Assembly: GCF_009914755.1 (NCBI RefSeq)
Contig: NC_060942.1
Source: the human T2T-CHM13v2.0 reference genome, Homo sapiens
DNA length: 64,000 nt
Direction: 5' to 3' (one strand)
Shown: piece after piece, positions 38,741-52,250 of the stretch
Position numbering within the stretch: position 1 is the stretch's first letter
Layout: every line of letters begins with the position of its first letter
Made by a program: the position numbers and the translations under genes
Notes under the pieces: model-generated
Database searches by the model: none
What the model was told of the DNA's origin: nothing
What the model saw: the letters and a program-made list of their open reading frames with translations, nothing else

Positions 38741-41009
38741 TTACACACATATATTTATGTATAGGATAACAGGGAAACAAGATAAAGTGACTTAGATACT
38801 AGACAACCAAGGGTTAAATGTAAATTCTAGGACATGACTCTACATATTTATAATATCCCTGACTTCAGATTCTACAGTAACAGGTAGCTGGTAAGTCTAT
38901 AAGTAATGCTGATTTTCCATGTTCATTGTTCCTAATGTTGCAGACTAATGCATATGCCATGGTAACATCTATTTCAAATCAATTTCCTACAAATGCCTTT
39001 CACAACTATTTTGTTTTTATTAATAAATTAAAACACAGCATACTTGAGCAATGTATTTTTGTTCCGTGCAAATTCACAGAGATCCAAAAAGATTATGAAG
39101 GAGATAAAATTTGCATTTACAAGAGACTCTCCTTCAGAAGAGTGAAAGAAATTATTCTTTCACTATTCAAAATAGGAAACCATAAAACAAGGAGATTATA
39201 ATAAATCCTTGGCAAAAATTCACATGAATACTTCCTGCCAACATTTTAATTAAGGATAATAGGTTGGTTTATCAAATATAATTGAGGGAATATTGACCAA
39301 AGGTTGGTTTGTCTAAGGGGCAGGCAAGGGAACATGAGGTTCTAGTCACAGCCTCTCTCACATTTCCCCTTGACTCCCTTTGCAAAGAGACATTTTCCCT
39401 CACCTTGACTTCTCAGACCTAGAAACAGATAAATCAGAAGGCGCAGCTGGATCTGACCCCCAGGTTCTGTGGAACTGGAAAGCATTCTGGTGCTGATGGA
39501 ACTTTTGAAAGTTAGACACTAAAGGTATCCCCATGCCTTTGGGGATCCAGTAGGATTCTCATGCCAGAGGAAGGCTCATTCTTCACCCTGCTGTAACTTG
39601 GGCCTCAGCAAATTCTCTGATAAGATTTACTGAAAAACTTCCAAATACAGGACAACATAGATTTCCCCTGCCAGCACAAAGGAATAACTTTCCTGAGATT
39701 TAAAAACCATCATATATTCAAGGGGAAAAAAAAAGGAAATTGACTAGCAAAACTACTTCATGAAATACATCCCTTGATTCCCTAATGTCATCCTCTTTAT
39801 GAACCAGATTTTCTCATGGCCTAAACTACTCCCTGATTGTAAATTAAGCACCATATGAATAACCTGCCTGATGGTATTACAGTGATCTAAGGTTAATGTT
39901 TAACTATTAACTGAAAATAGGATTCCAGGTACTATAACCTGAGAAGAGTACCATTAGGGTACCATTTAGAAAATTCTGTTTAAGTCTTATAATAAAGGAG
40001 CAACTTAACAGCTAGAGAAATTTGAGCCAATGAAAAAATTGATGTGAAATGAATCTATCCCCTGGGCTGGGGTATTTTATGTTTCAATATTGAAACTTGA
40101 ACATTTTTTTACACCAGAAAAGTTATTCTTAGTAGTTGGCAGAGTAAATCCATGTTATCGTGCATTCTGAAGCAGTTCAGCTGAATCTAATTAGAACATC
40201 TGCAGATTTATGCAGCTTTCTGTATATTAAAGTCCTAACCCTTGTGAAATAAATATTTCTCCTCAATCCTTTATTTTTACCCTTCTCAGGGTTAATCAGA
40301 CTAATATGGTATAAATTTTAACAACCATTTTTATGATCCCAGGATGAATGGTGCAATACAAGTCTAAAATATCAAGATCTTATAAATAGTGTCAGTATGT
40401 ACTGGCTTTCAATGCCTTCCTCCTGGCCATCAATTTTGGCTTAGAGAAAGGGAAACAATTATGAACTCAGTCACTTGCTTCTTTGTATTAGTTTTTCAGA
40501 GATTTTCAAGGTGATCCATGCATTTCTGGGATGTTGAGGAGAACGTGTTTGGTCTTAACTGTCTCTCGATAGAGAATTCATTGAATCATGTAGGCAATTA
40601 AGCTAAAAAGGTCAGTTTGGTTTTACCACTTAGACAAATTACTCAAACTCATGTAGAAAATGAGTGTTTTGCTAGAGTTATCTTTAAAATACTTCTTGGG
40701 AAACAAGGCTACCATGTTTCTTTGGTAACAAAACACCTAGATGTAGCACTTCATATTAGGACTTTTGTCTTAACCAGCCTTCTATGTTAGATCAGGCTGA
40801 TAAGTAATTTCTACTTCAGTCATATAATACCTCAAGGTGTTACCAAGTAGTCTTAAAATTAGTTTTATCTCAGGCTGAGAAGCACTGTAGCAAAAAGAGG
40901 CCTAATCCTGGAGTCAGAGAGCCCTGTGGAAGCACCAGCTATATCACTGGTTAGAAGTGAACCACTGGGCAATAATCACACTACCTGGAAAATTAGATAA
41001 CTCATGGGT

Positions 41010-41530
41010 AAAGAAATACCATTTGAACCAACAATCCCATTACTGGGCATATATCCAAAGGAATATAAATCATTCTATTACAAAGATACAAGCGCACGTA
41101 TATTCACCGCAGCACTATTCACCATAGCACATTAATGACAGACTGGATAAAGAAAATGTACATATACACCATGGAATACTATGCAGCCATAAAAAGGGAT
41201 GAGATCATGTCCTTTGCAGGGACATGGATGGAGGTGGAAGTCATTATCCTCTGCAGACTAACGTGGGAACAGAAAACCAAACAACACATGTTCTCACTTA
41301 TAAGTAGAAGCTGAAGAATGAGAACACATGGACACAGGGAGGGGAAGAACACACTGTCAGAGTGGTAGGGGGCAAGGAGAGCATCAGGATAAATAGCCAA
41401 TGTATGTGAGGCTTAATACCTATGATGGATTGATAGCAAACCACCATGGCACACCTTTACCTATGTAACAAACCTGCACGTCCTGCACATGTATCCTAGA
41501 ACTTAAAATAAAATTCAATTGAAAAAATAA
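41010..41530 (+). mobile_element. L1PA (old, L1PA10-15-like) 3' end, 5'-truncated, following a MIR fragment (about 40885-41005)
   Basis: ATACCATTTGAACCAACAATCCCATTACTGGG..ACAAACCTGCACGTCCTGCACATGTATCCTAGAACTTAAAATAAAA. Confidence 0.93.
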
Positions 41531-42085
41531 AGAAACTACTAACAGAAAATTCTATGATTCCAGAGTGAGGAGTAATGCATGTAATCAGAGAAAAACATGG
41601 TTTATTACTTAAAAACAGATAGGCGTATTTTGTCTTTGAATCTTGAATTTTAAATATTTGTTTTGAGAATAAAGGCCACTAACCCACCAAAATATAACAA
41701 GGTCTGGTTAAGGAGGAAAACCCCTAGGGAAAGTTTTCAGCCGATTTCTTCAATATCATATTAAAGACTCCCACATATAGAAATCCAGAGTAGATCTGTA
41801 GGGAGCAATGAAATTCTACATCGTGATATGAGGCACGATATTGAAAATGCTGCATGAAATCTTGGTTCTGTCGCCCAAGATACAATAATAATCCACGGGT
41901 AAAATAAGGATTTACCCAGCAATTTTAAAGATTAATAAAATCATATGTATAACTAGTACATGCTCAATAAATGAGAGCTGAGATACAGAGATGGGACCTT
42001 TAAAAATGGAGCATGAAAAAAGAGACCCTTTTCCTTGGCAGTTAAAAAAATGGAACATTTGTTTAATTAAAAAAAAATTGTCAAC

Positions 42086-42564
<479 letters not shown>

Positions 42565-42591
42565 ATTGTCAACTCTTAAAAGACTGATATA

Positions 42592-42903
42592 GGGTTGGGT
42601 TTGGTGGCTCATGCCTTTGATCCCAGCACTTTGCAAAGCCAAGTGAAAGATGGCTTGAGGCCAGGAGTCTGAGACCAGCCTGGGCAATATACCAAGACCC
42701 CCATCTTTAAAAAATAAAAATAAAAATAAAACCCTAAAAATTAGCTGGGGTAGGCCAAGCTACTCCAGGGGGCTGAGGCAGGAGGATTGCTTCAGCCCAG
42801 GAGTTCGAGACTGCAGTGAGTTATGATCACACCACTGCACTCCAGGCTGGGTGACAGAGCAAGACCCCATCTCTAAATAATTAAATAAAATAAATTATAA
42901 AAA
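42592..42903 (+). mobile_element. Alu (AluJ-type) with expanded middle A-rich region
   Basis: AluJ diagnostics (AGGATTGCTTCAGCCCAGGAGTTCGAGACTGCAGTGAGTTATGATC). Confidence 0.93.
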
Positions 42904-42955
42904 ACTATTATAAACAAATTCCATCAGGTTCTTCTAGTCAATCAGTGCTTTAAAG

Positions 42956-43137
42956 CAGTGGTTCTCAAAGTGTGGAGCCTGGATCGATGTCAGCAGTATC
43001 ATTTGGGAACTTGTTAAAATGCAAATTCTTGGGTCCCAAGGCCTACAGAATCTGAAACTTCTAGGATGAGGCCCAGCAGCCTGTGTTAACAAGCCTTCCA
43101 GAGGACTGTGCCACATGCTTAAGGTTGAGAAACACTG
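42956..43137 (+). mobile_element. MER5A hAT-Charlie MITE
   Basis: TIRs CAGTGGTTCTCAA / TTGAGAAACACTG; internal GAACTTGTTAAAATGCAAATTCTTGGG. Confidence 0.92.
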
Positions 43138-43647
43138 CGTTAAGCCTTCCTTCAAATATCAGCATAACTTCAAGGCTTCCACTGTCTCAACGGTCTTGCA
43201 GAAGGTCCCTTCTTTGTCTGTTAGGATGTGCAGATTCCTAGTAGATTTGCTGAACAATCTGAGTCTCCACTTCCTCCTTCTTGGCATTCATCTCCTGCTC
43301 TTTATTCAGGACTAATTGATGTTCACACTGGCCAATTAGTCAATGCTACAATTCAAATGGCCCCAGCTGTATCCAGAATTAACATGAAAGCTTTCCTAAA
43401 ATATTTGAGTGGGTTTAAAAAAAAAATCACAGATTTTCCTTTTCAAAACAAGCATTTGGGCCCATTTTTGTTCAAGTATGAAGGTGAATTTTTCATGTAT
43501 TATTTCCTCAATATAATTATTTTATGTGTTCGTTAAATACAGAGACTGCTAAAAACTTGTTTGTTGAGACTTCCACAAGTTGATAAGTAATAGGATAAAA
43601 TGTGCATCTCCATTATTTAACTACCCTAACCTGCTTATCAGTCTCAT

Positions 43648-44115
43648 CTCACTCATTTGTTCATTCTACAAATATGCATCAAGCACCTATTATGTGCCAG
43701 GCACTGTTCTAGGTATGAAGGCTTCAGCCATAAACAAGACAGATGGGGTGAGACTGGACAGATTGGAGGGGAGTCTCTTCCTGCTACAGCTTGCATTGTA
43801 GTGGAGGACAGAACACTATAAATAAATCAACAAATTAATAAGTACAATAATTACAGGTTGTATGAAACACTCTGCAAGACAGAAACAGGATAATGTGATA
43901 GAATCCCTGGAAGGGGTGGCTTCCTTAGACAGGGTGGTTGAGAAAGGTGTCTTTAGGGAGATTATATCTGAACTTAGTCCTGGAGATTGAAAGGAGCTAC
44001 TTAAACGAAGAGGTGGAGGAAAGCGGAGGAATTCAGGCAGAGGATTATACAGCAAGCAACAGTTTTGCACTTTATGAAACATGAAATAAAGCCATAGTAA
44101 GTCAGCGGGAAAGAG
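43648..44115 (-). mobile_element. L2a 3' end (continues after the LTR at about 44790-44910 and 45400-45720)
   Basis: CATTTGTTCATTCTACAAATATGCATCAAGCACCTATTATGTGCCAGGCACTGTTCTAGG. Confidence 0.85.
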
Positions 44116-44787
44116 TGTTGGGGAAACATCATTAAAAACAAAATCTCCTCCCAACACAGAAAACCTCTCTACAGACTAGAAGAGAAAGAAAGTAATCTTA
44201 TTATTGAAAAAGCATTGAATAAGAATATGATAACTATCACAGGTAATCCATTAAGAGATTCCAAAATTCAAAAGACATCTCATCCTTTTACCATGTGGTA
44301 CATACTTGCCATCAAGATAAAGAATAACTACTCCTCAAGTAAGAGGACTTGGCAACACCATTTGTCACACACAGCTCTTCCTAAATTTCCTTGGTAGTTG
44401 AGGTGACCATCTGTGTTAACTATTGGCTTTATTCAACAGAAAAATAAAGTTCTCTTTATGATAAGAGACAGTTTTGCAACTTGGAGCGAGGCACCTGCCC
44501 TCCCACAGAAATGGGGAAATAGGGGCACTATCTTCCTTGATTCCATTTGAAAAAGATGGCTCCCAGGGCCTTGAGAAAGACATTCCTGGGTCTAAAACTG
44601 GCCAGAAGCTTATTTAGCTTTCAAAAAGATTTACATATATTTCCCAGAGACAGAGAAAGAAGTTAACAATTACAAGTTTTCCAAGTAAATGCTCTAAGAA
44701 TAAGAGGTTGGGGTGGGGGAAGTCCTTCCTTCTATTTTCAACAACAAGAATTAAGCCTCTTAATTTTAAATTGTATTGGCCCTTACA
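44116..44787 (-). mobile_element. ERV1-class solo LTR (MER34/MER39-group-like)
   Basis: TG...CA termini, 4-bp TSD-like AGAG/AAAG, splits an L2; motif AAAGATGGCTCCCAGGGCCTTGAGAAAGACATTCCTGGG. Confidence 0.75.
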
Positions 44788-44924
44788 AAAGGCATGAATT
44801 AAAGTAACAGGGACCAAATTACGCAGGATCTTAGAAGAGTTTGCCATTTACCCTCAGAGAAATGGAAACCCGCTGAAGGTTTGTAACATGATCAAATTTA
44901 TATCTTTACAAGGCATTCAGCCCC

Positions 44925-45390
44925 CGATAGAATGTACTGAGAAGGACACAACGTCACTTTTGTGATAATTCTTGTTAAAAATGCATAACCCAATGCAGTC
45001 ATAGAAAACAGCAGATGAACCTAAATTGGGGAACATTCTATCAATGAACTGACCAGTACTTTTAACAAATGTCAATGTTATAAAAGGAAGGCTAAAGATC
45101 TGTCACAAATTGAAGGACACTAAAGAGACATGACAAGCAAATGTAATGTGGGTCATTGGATTGTATCCTGGACCAGAAACTTTAGTGGAAAAACTGGTGA
45201 AAATTGAATAAGGCCTGTAGCTTAGTTAATAGTATTACATCAATGTTAATTTCCTGCTTTCCAAAATTGGTTATATATGTAAGATGTTAAAATTAGGAGA
45301 AGCTGGATGAAGAATATATGAGAACTCTCTGCACTATTTTTGTAACTTTTTTATAAAATCAAAATCATTTCAAAATAAAAAATTTAAAAG
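44925..45390 (+). mobile_element. L1MC-like 3'UTR
   Basis: GAAGGACACAACGTCAC..TCCTGGACCAGAAA..GAACTCTCTGCACTATTTTTGTAACTTTT..TTTCAAAATAAAAA. Confidence 0.8.
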
Positions 45391-46734
45391 CGAAAGAGCT
45401 TTAAAAGCATTTTAAAATATCATTTATGATACTGAGTTAATAAATTATTAAGGGGGAAAATAGAAGTGGGGAGGGAAGATAGGAGGCTAATGAAAAAAAA
45501 TGCAGGAAATAAGAGTTTGAAGATGGTGGCAGCAATTATAGAGAAAATTAAGAATCAAGATTCATTTTGGGTTCAGAACTGACAGTACTGGTGTATCTAC
45601 TGAGTGTGAGAATTGAAGGACAAAGGTAGTTTCTAGAACTTTGCATAAGTAACTGTTGGGATGTGCCATTTTTTCAAAGAGAAGGCACTAAGAAAGACAT
45701 AAGGTTTTAGGCTGGATGATCTCTGGTTTCAACCTCTCCTCTACAATGTTATATCACAAATCCAGCTCCCTCTGAGAAAGCAGTGAGCGTTGATCAATGT
45801 TATAATGAACGATATATGATTTTGACATTATTCTTCATAGAGGTGGCCACAGACACTTCAAATCCCAGTTTAGACCTATGTACAAGGTACAACCATCAAG
45901 TAAACTAGTCTAAGACTTGTTTCTTACCAGCATTTAGTTTTTAGATTGATTTTTCTTTTCCTCCTCTCACCCCATTACTTTAGACAGCAAACTAGTCAGC
46001 AACAAGTTGTTAATCAGAACCCTGGCTAAACCATTTGGTCCTCTTAATTTAGCCAACTGTGGAAGCCAAAAAACAAAACAAACAAACAAAAAAACCCACC
46101 ACCTTTTTACTCAAAAAGTCAAATTGCACTATGTGGACTTACAGATTGTCTAATTTTAACTAAACTAAACTTCACAAGTATGGATAAAAGATAATACTAA
46201 TACAAAAAAAAATGACAGACCAGACCTTTTTAATTCTAGCATCAGCTCCTCATCTGCCACACTACAACTTAAAAGTAAGCACAAATTTAATCAGAAAAAG
46301 CAGTAGCATCTGACTCTGTATTTTTAAAAGAATAAATAATTACAACTTACCCCTTCCAGGGAAGGATGACTTTTTACAGAAACTGAAAATGTCTTTACTT
46401 TTGAAAAGAAGTCTATGCTATGCCTCCAACCCATTCTGAGCATTTTTGAACTGGTTGCTTAGAAATGTTTTCATTAATACATGATTTTGCCACCATAAAC
46501 CACGTAAGTCTTCCAGACGGTTCTCACTGTGGAGAAGGGAGGTCCCCACAGTGCTTCTGTGCCCCCACCCCGCATCCTCATCTCCAGTTTTCCAGAGATT
46601 TTAAGACCCTGACTTTTAAGGGGACAGGCACCTGTTTCTGTCTTTGCTAGCCTGAGCCTGGGACAGGCTCCTTCAACACGGTCCTGTGGCAGTCCTGGGG
46701 AAGGGATGGCACATCTCAGCAGACCCTTCGATGG

Positions 46735-46948
46735 GGACATTTGGACTCAGAAGTCACACCACTTGGATTCACAAAGTGGCCCAGCCACTTGCCAGCTCTG
46801 TGACCTTAGGCAAGTTGTGTATGTCCTTGAGCCCCAGTTTTTCATTAGAAAGTGAGGATGGACATAATGCCTCCACACAGTAGTGAGAGGATCTCATAAG
46901 CCAGAGAATATAAAGCTTTTAATACAAAGCTTAATAAAGGTTGGCAAC
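46735..46948 (+). mobile_element. MIR
   Basis: CCACTTGCCAGCTCTGTGACCTTAGGCAAGTT..GAGCCCCAGTTTTTCA. Confidence 0.75.
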
Positions 46949-47371
46949 TGTTAAACTAAATTAAAATTGCGCGTGAGGATGCCCCTGTCCTGAGTCCTTA
47001 AGTAATGAACTGCAACATAACGTAGTACATTAACTAAACCCTAACTTAGGAGTTGAAGTAACGAATATTAATAGCTGGTCTCAGTCAATCACAGATCACA
47101 GTAGCTGAGCTCCAGCCAATCACAGTCAGCCAGTTGATTTGAATTAGGCAAAACACCAACCTGTTGCCTATGACAGTGACAGGGAAGTCACTGTCCCTGT
47201 GACTTCCGTTTTCTGACCATAGATGTCTGACCACATTGCAGCCAGGGAATTCTTTGAACCTTTTCTGGTTCTGAGAACCAGGTGCTAGAATCTTCTTTAT
47301 GATTTTTAAATTGTAAATAAAAGCCAATTCAGATAATGAAAGTAAATGTGTTGTAATTTTGCCTTTTGACA
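46949..47371 (+). mobile_element. ERV1 solo LTR (MER57-like)
   Basis: TGTTAAACTAAATTAAAATT...CAGCCAATCACAG repeats...CACTTCCGTTTTCTG-like motif...TTTTGACA; TSD CAAC/CTAC. Confidence 0.8.
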
Positions 47372-47519
47372 CTACTATTGTCCTACTATGTTTCCTAGAG
47401 GCAGGGAGCTCCTTAGTTTTTGGTTTCAGAATTGTCCTGTCCTGGGTCAACCACTGTGTTCTCCTTAGTTCAAGCATGAGCCATTTCTAAAACACACAGG
47501 TCTCCTAACATGAGCACAT

Positions 47520-48200
47520 TAAACTGAATAGAAAATATTAAAAAATAACAGCAAAACTTAATGACAGTATCAAGAAGAGCTCATCTATCCTAGTAATCAA
47601 CGTACAATAAAGCTTATGACATACCATTTTTATCTATGAAATTTGAAATTTTAAAAAATACATGAAAAACATATTAAATACATATGTACAAGTATTAGTA
47701 AGGTGAAGCGAAATAAGTATTTGCATATGCTTCTAGTGAAACTGTAAATTAGGGCAGCCTTCCCAGAACCCCAAATCAATTTGACCCAACAATTTTGCTT
47801 GAGGAAGTAACGCCATTTTCTTCCTTCCAGATAGCAGAACACGTTATAAGGCTATAATAATTAAAAGAGTATATGATTTAAACACAGAACAGAGATATGA
47901 CCTTTTGATATATTAAGTTGATATTTAAAATCAGTGACAAATGATGGAATGGAAAATAAATGGTTTAAAAACAACTAAATATTATTTGGAAAAAGCATGA
48001 AGCTGGATCCCCTCCTTTTACCATCAAGCAAAAACAAATTTCAAATAGATTAAATATCACAACATAATAGCCCTAGAAGGAAACATATGTAAGTATTTTT
48101 ATAATCTTTGAAAGGAGATGGCCTTTCTCAGCATAGGCATAAGACCTAGAACTCATGAAGAAAATGACTGAATTTGTACTGCAATTAAAAATATGTATAT
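47520..48200 (+). mobile_element. Old L1 (L1ME-like) fragments
   Basis: TATAAGGCTATAATAATTAAAAG..TTTCAAATAGATTAAATATC..CCTAGAAGGAAACAT. Confidence 0.65.
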
Positions 48201-48205
48201 GGCGG

Positions 48206-48497
48206 GGCTGAGCGCGGTGGCTCACGCCTGTAATCCCAGCACTTTGGGAGGCTGAGGCGGGCGGATCACAAGGTCAGGAGATCAAGACCATCCTGGTTAA
48301 CACGGTGAAACCCCATCTCTACTAAAAATACAAAAAATTAGCAGGGCGTGGTGGCGGGAGCCTGTAGTCCCAGCTACTCGGGGGGCTGAGGCAGGAGAAT
48401 GGCGTGAACCGGAAGGCAGAGCTTGCAGTGAGCCGAGATACGCCACTGCACTCCCGCCTGGGTGACAGAGCAAGACTCTGTCTGAAAAAAAAAAAAA
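48206..48497 (+). mobile_element. AluY-like, full length
   Basis: AluY diagnostics (GACCATCCTGG.TAACACGGTGAAAC, GAATGGCGTGAACC); TSD ATGTATATGGC on both sides. Confidence 0.95.
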
Positions 48498-48507
48498 TGT
48501 ATATGGC

Positions 48508-48850
48508 AAGAATGGCCATAATAAAAAAATGAAAAAATAATAGATGTTGGCATGGATGTGGTGAAAAGGGAACACTTCTACAATGCTGGTGGGAATGTAA
48601 ACTAGTACAGCCACTATGGAAAACAGTGTGGAGATTTCTTAAAGAACTAAAAGCAGAACTACCATTTGATCCAGCAATCCCACTACTGGGTATCTACCCA
48701 GAAGAAATGAAGTGGTTATATGAAAAAGATACTTGCGCATGCATATTTATAACAGCACAATTCGCAATTGCAAAAACGTGGAACCAACCCAAATGCCCAT
48801 CAATCAATGAGTGGATAAAGAAACTGCGATGTGATATGTATGTGTATATA

Positions 48851-48885
<35 letters not shown>

Positions 48886-49300
48886 GTGAGATATGTATCC
48901 ACACACACACACACACACACACACACGCTATGGAACACAACTCAGCCATTAAAAAGGAATGAGTTAATGGCATCTGCAGCAACCTGGATGGGATTGGAGA
49001 CTATTATTCTAAGGGAAGTAATTCAGGAATGGAAAACCAAATATCATATGTGGGAACTACGCTATGACACTGCAAAAGCATAAGAATGATACAATGGACT
49101 TTGGGACTTGGGTGGAGAGGGAAGTTGTGGGAAGGGGTAAGGCAAAAAAGACTACAAACTGGGGTCAGTGTATACTGCTCGGGTGATGGGTGCACCAAAA
49201 TCTCACGAATCACCACTAAAGAACTTACTCATGTAACCAAATACCACTGGTTCCCCCAAAAACCTATGGAAATAAAAAATTTTAAAAATAATTTTAAAAA
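48508..49300 (+). mobile_element. L1PB-like 3' end
   Basis: ORF2 C-terminal remnant ([40 protein letters not shown]) and L1PB 3'UTR (GGGTGATGGGTGCACCAAAATCTCACGAATCACCACTAAAGAAC). Confidence 0.93.
48841..48926. repeat. Compound microsatellite (TG)10-(TA)7-...-(AC)13 inside the L1PB
   Basis: Seen directly. Confidence 0.95.
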
Positions 49301-50275
49301 GTGAAAAAATGAAGAAAACACATTTATGGCAAAAAAAAAGCACTATAAGTAAAATTAAAAGATACATGATGGATTGAAAGAACACATTTGCCAGGCATAG
49401 AAAACAAAGAGTTAAAAGTTTCCATAAATCAGTTAAAAAGATATAATTTAATAGAAAAATATATACATAATTCAAAGAGAAAATTCACTGAAATGGAAAT
49501 ACAAATGGACATAAACATTGAAAAGATTACCAGTTTTAAAAAGTATTATGGCAATATAAATTAAGCAACATATTCTGCTTATAAGGTTGGCAAAATTTTG
49601 TTATGTTACAGAAAGTGCAGAAAAATGGAAATTCACACTGCTGTTGAGGGTGTAAATTGGTACAACCTTTTAACAACAATTTGGAAATATTCATCAAAAT
49701 TAAAGGGCCACACATCTTGTTACTCTTCTAGGAAGCTGTATTATATAAATACTCAACATGTACACAGATACATGTCCAAAAAAGATTATAACAGGTTTGT
49801 TTATAATAAATAGAAAAACAAACAAAAAAGAATAGTCCAACAACCCATCTGCTGGAGAAGTATGGGTGGAGCAAAAGACACAGTGATTCAGCTGAAAGGG
49901 GATGTGGAATCAAAAAAGATTTTAAATAGCAATTAAAAAATAAAAATAGCTCAAGTGTTATAATCAAGCTATTGCTTTAAATAGTTCATCTATAATAAAA
50001 TACAGCCATTAAAAATGATGCTTTTGAATATTTACTTAAATAGGAAAAGATTCATGGTATACCAATTAGAATGAGGCTATCATAGCATATGTTAGGTATG
50101 ACCCATATTTGCAACATACATACTCCAAGGAAGGATACACACAAGTATGTGAACAATGGATCTCTCTGGGTCGGGTAGGAAAGAGGTTACAAGGTAGTTT
50201 AATTTATACTTTATGTTTGTATTTTCCAATTTCTTCAATAGTCACAATTAACTTTTGTAATTAAGAAAGTGAAAG
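49300..50275 (+). mobile_element. L1ME-like ORF2 end and 3'UTR (continuation of the interrupted element)
   Basis: CACTGCTGTTGAGGGTGTAAATTGGTACAACC..ATACAGCCATTAAAAATGATG. Confidence 0.65.
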
Positions 50276-52104
50276 CTTAACAACAACAAAAAATGAAGTC
50301 AGGAGACGGAGACGAATCCCTGAACTAAAGCAGAGTACTTATTTTATCTTTCTCTGCAAACCCCAACTACCTAAAATGAACTGCTTTATGTTTATCTTAC
50401 ACATGCAAATACAAAATGTTTTAATTTTATCTTCAAAGCATCCACTGTACCATCCACATCCACATCTGTTAATCTCTTATTTTGGGGTTTCGGAATTCAT
50501 ATGGTGGGATTTATGAAATCCACATTCTGCTGTCAGTCTTCACACTAGGGGTTTTAGAAAATAGCATGAATGAAATGTGCTAAACCTGGCCTTGGAATGC
50601 AATCATTCTACAAAGTATATTTATTTTTTATTTTTTAACCAAGGGATCAATAGACGTTTCAGCTGCTATATAGAAAAATACTCGCTTTCAATATGAAAGC
50701 TCAGCAGCAATGGGAAGAAAATATAATGCACTGCAAGAAAAGTTTAAAGTTATAAACTTGTGTGGCCATGCATAAAAACTCCTAAAAACTGTGACCATCC
50801 AAGGGTTTCTTTCTGAATGGGTCTTTTATTCCAGTGAGTTGGCACAGTGAAGGATGTGCTGCATTGTTCTGACATCACACCAGGGTGAAAACACATAGTT
50901 CTGTTGACATCAATACAATGAACTACAATATATTTTTTATATCCTCTGTAGGTGTTCTGAAAGGAACCTATTGGTGGAAATGTTAAAAAAAAAAAAATTG
51001 CAGGGAAATCCCTGCAATGAATGGAGTACTAAAGCATTTCAATTTCCTAGGAAAAACTGGGGCCTACTTAAAAATGTGATGGTAACATGAAGCATACAAA
51101 TGGAGAAGAATTTTCAAAGGGAACATACAGAACACTTTTCCTGTGTCACAGTTTATTGCGCAAATTCCATATAACTTAATATAATGCAGTATGCATTAAA
51201 AAATTAGGTTGTCAAGAAACCTGTTCATAATACACCTCAGTAGGTCAAGAGAAATGTAATTTTGATGTAGACATAATTTGATTTCTCACTCTGCTCTGTT
51301 GTTTTCACGCTTTCTGGTCTTAATCAAAATTGTCTTTTATTTGAATTCTTATGAATGAGTCTTCTTGTAGACTGCATGGTCCCTCCATCGTATTTTAGAA
51401 ACTAAAAAATAATTACCAAATGTCGATGTGGTTGGTACTATAGATAGCAAGAGATGAAATAAAACCAGTGGGAAGCCAGACAAGTAAGGAACAGATGCAA
51501 AGTGTGGACTCTAAGGGGTCTTGGATACTGAATATTCAATTATAAGATCTCAGAGTCTTGTTACATGCAGCTTGATTCAGAAACAAGAGAAGCACAAGGG
51601 AAGCTACTCAGCAAAACTAATTCATCTCAGCCATGTGAATGTATTCGTCTCCTATGACCCTCACATTGTGCAAGACAGTAGCTCCAAAAGAACTAAAGGA
51701 ATTAGGGCACGTCATCATTTTCTAGTTTAATTAGATTTTTTATAGATATTAATTGAAAACAGTATAATATAGTGTGCTCAAATTAATATAGCCTGCATTG
51801 TATACAAGTGTCAAAATGAGTGATTTGGGATTCTCTATGCAAGCATTTGCTTTCTTACATGAGCCTATCTGTATAGTATAATATCCATATAGTATAGTAA
51901 TTCTGTCTAAAAATGTGGAGAACACCTAAAATAAAGGCATGAATGGGACAAATCTTCAATGAAAACATTTTATAGAAACCAATTTAAGTTTTAATTTGAT
52001 TAATGTACATGATTGTCAGAGAAGAGGCGAGAATTTTTTTATGTTTATTAAAATAAGTATTAAGAATTTTAAATATTTATAATTGGATAGAATATAAATA
52101 ACAT

Positions 52105-52250
52105 AGAATTTACTATTTTAATTATTTTCAAGTGTTCAATTTTGTGGCATTAAGTACATTTTTATTGTTGGGCAAACATCACCACCATCCATCTCCAGAA
52201 CTTCGTATTTCCAAACTGAAATTCCATATCCGTTAAACAATAACTCCCTA
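52105..52250 (-). mobile_element. L1MB-like 3'UTR fragment
   Basis: GTGGCATTAAGTACATT..CATCACCACCATCCATCTCCAGAAC..CCGTTAAACAATAACTCCC. Confidence 0.8.

Noticed and set aside
48626-48889. ORFs resembling reverse-transcriptase protein C-termini (also 6777-7070)
   Set aside because: Remnants of L1 ORF2 in 5'-truncated, dead copies
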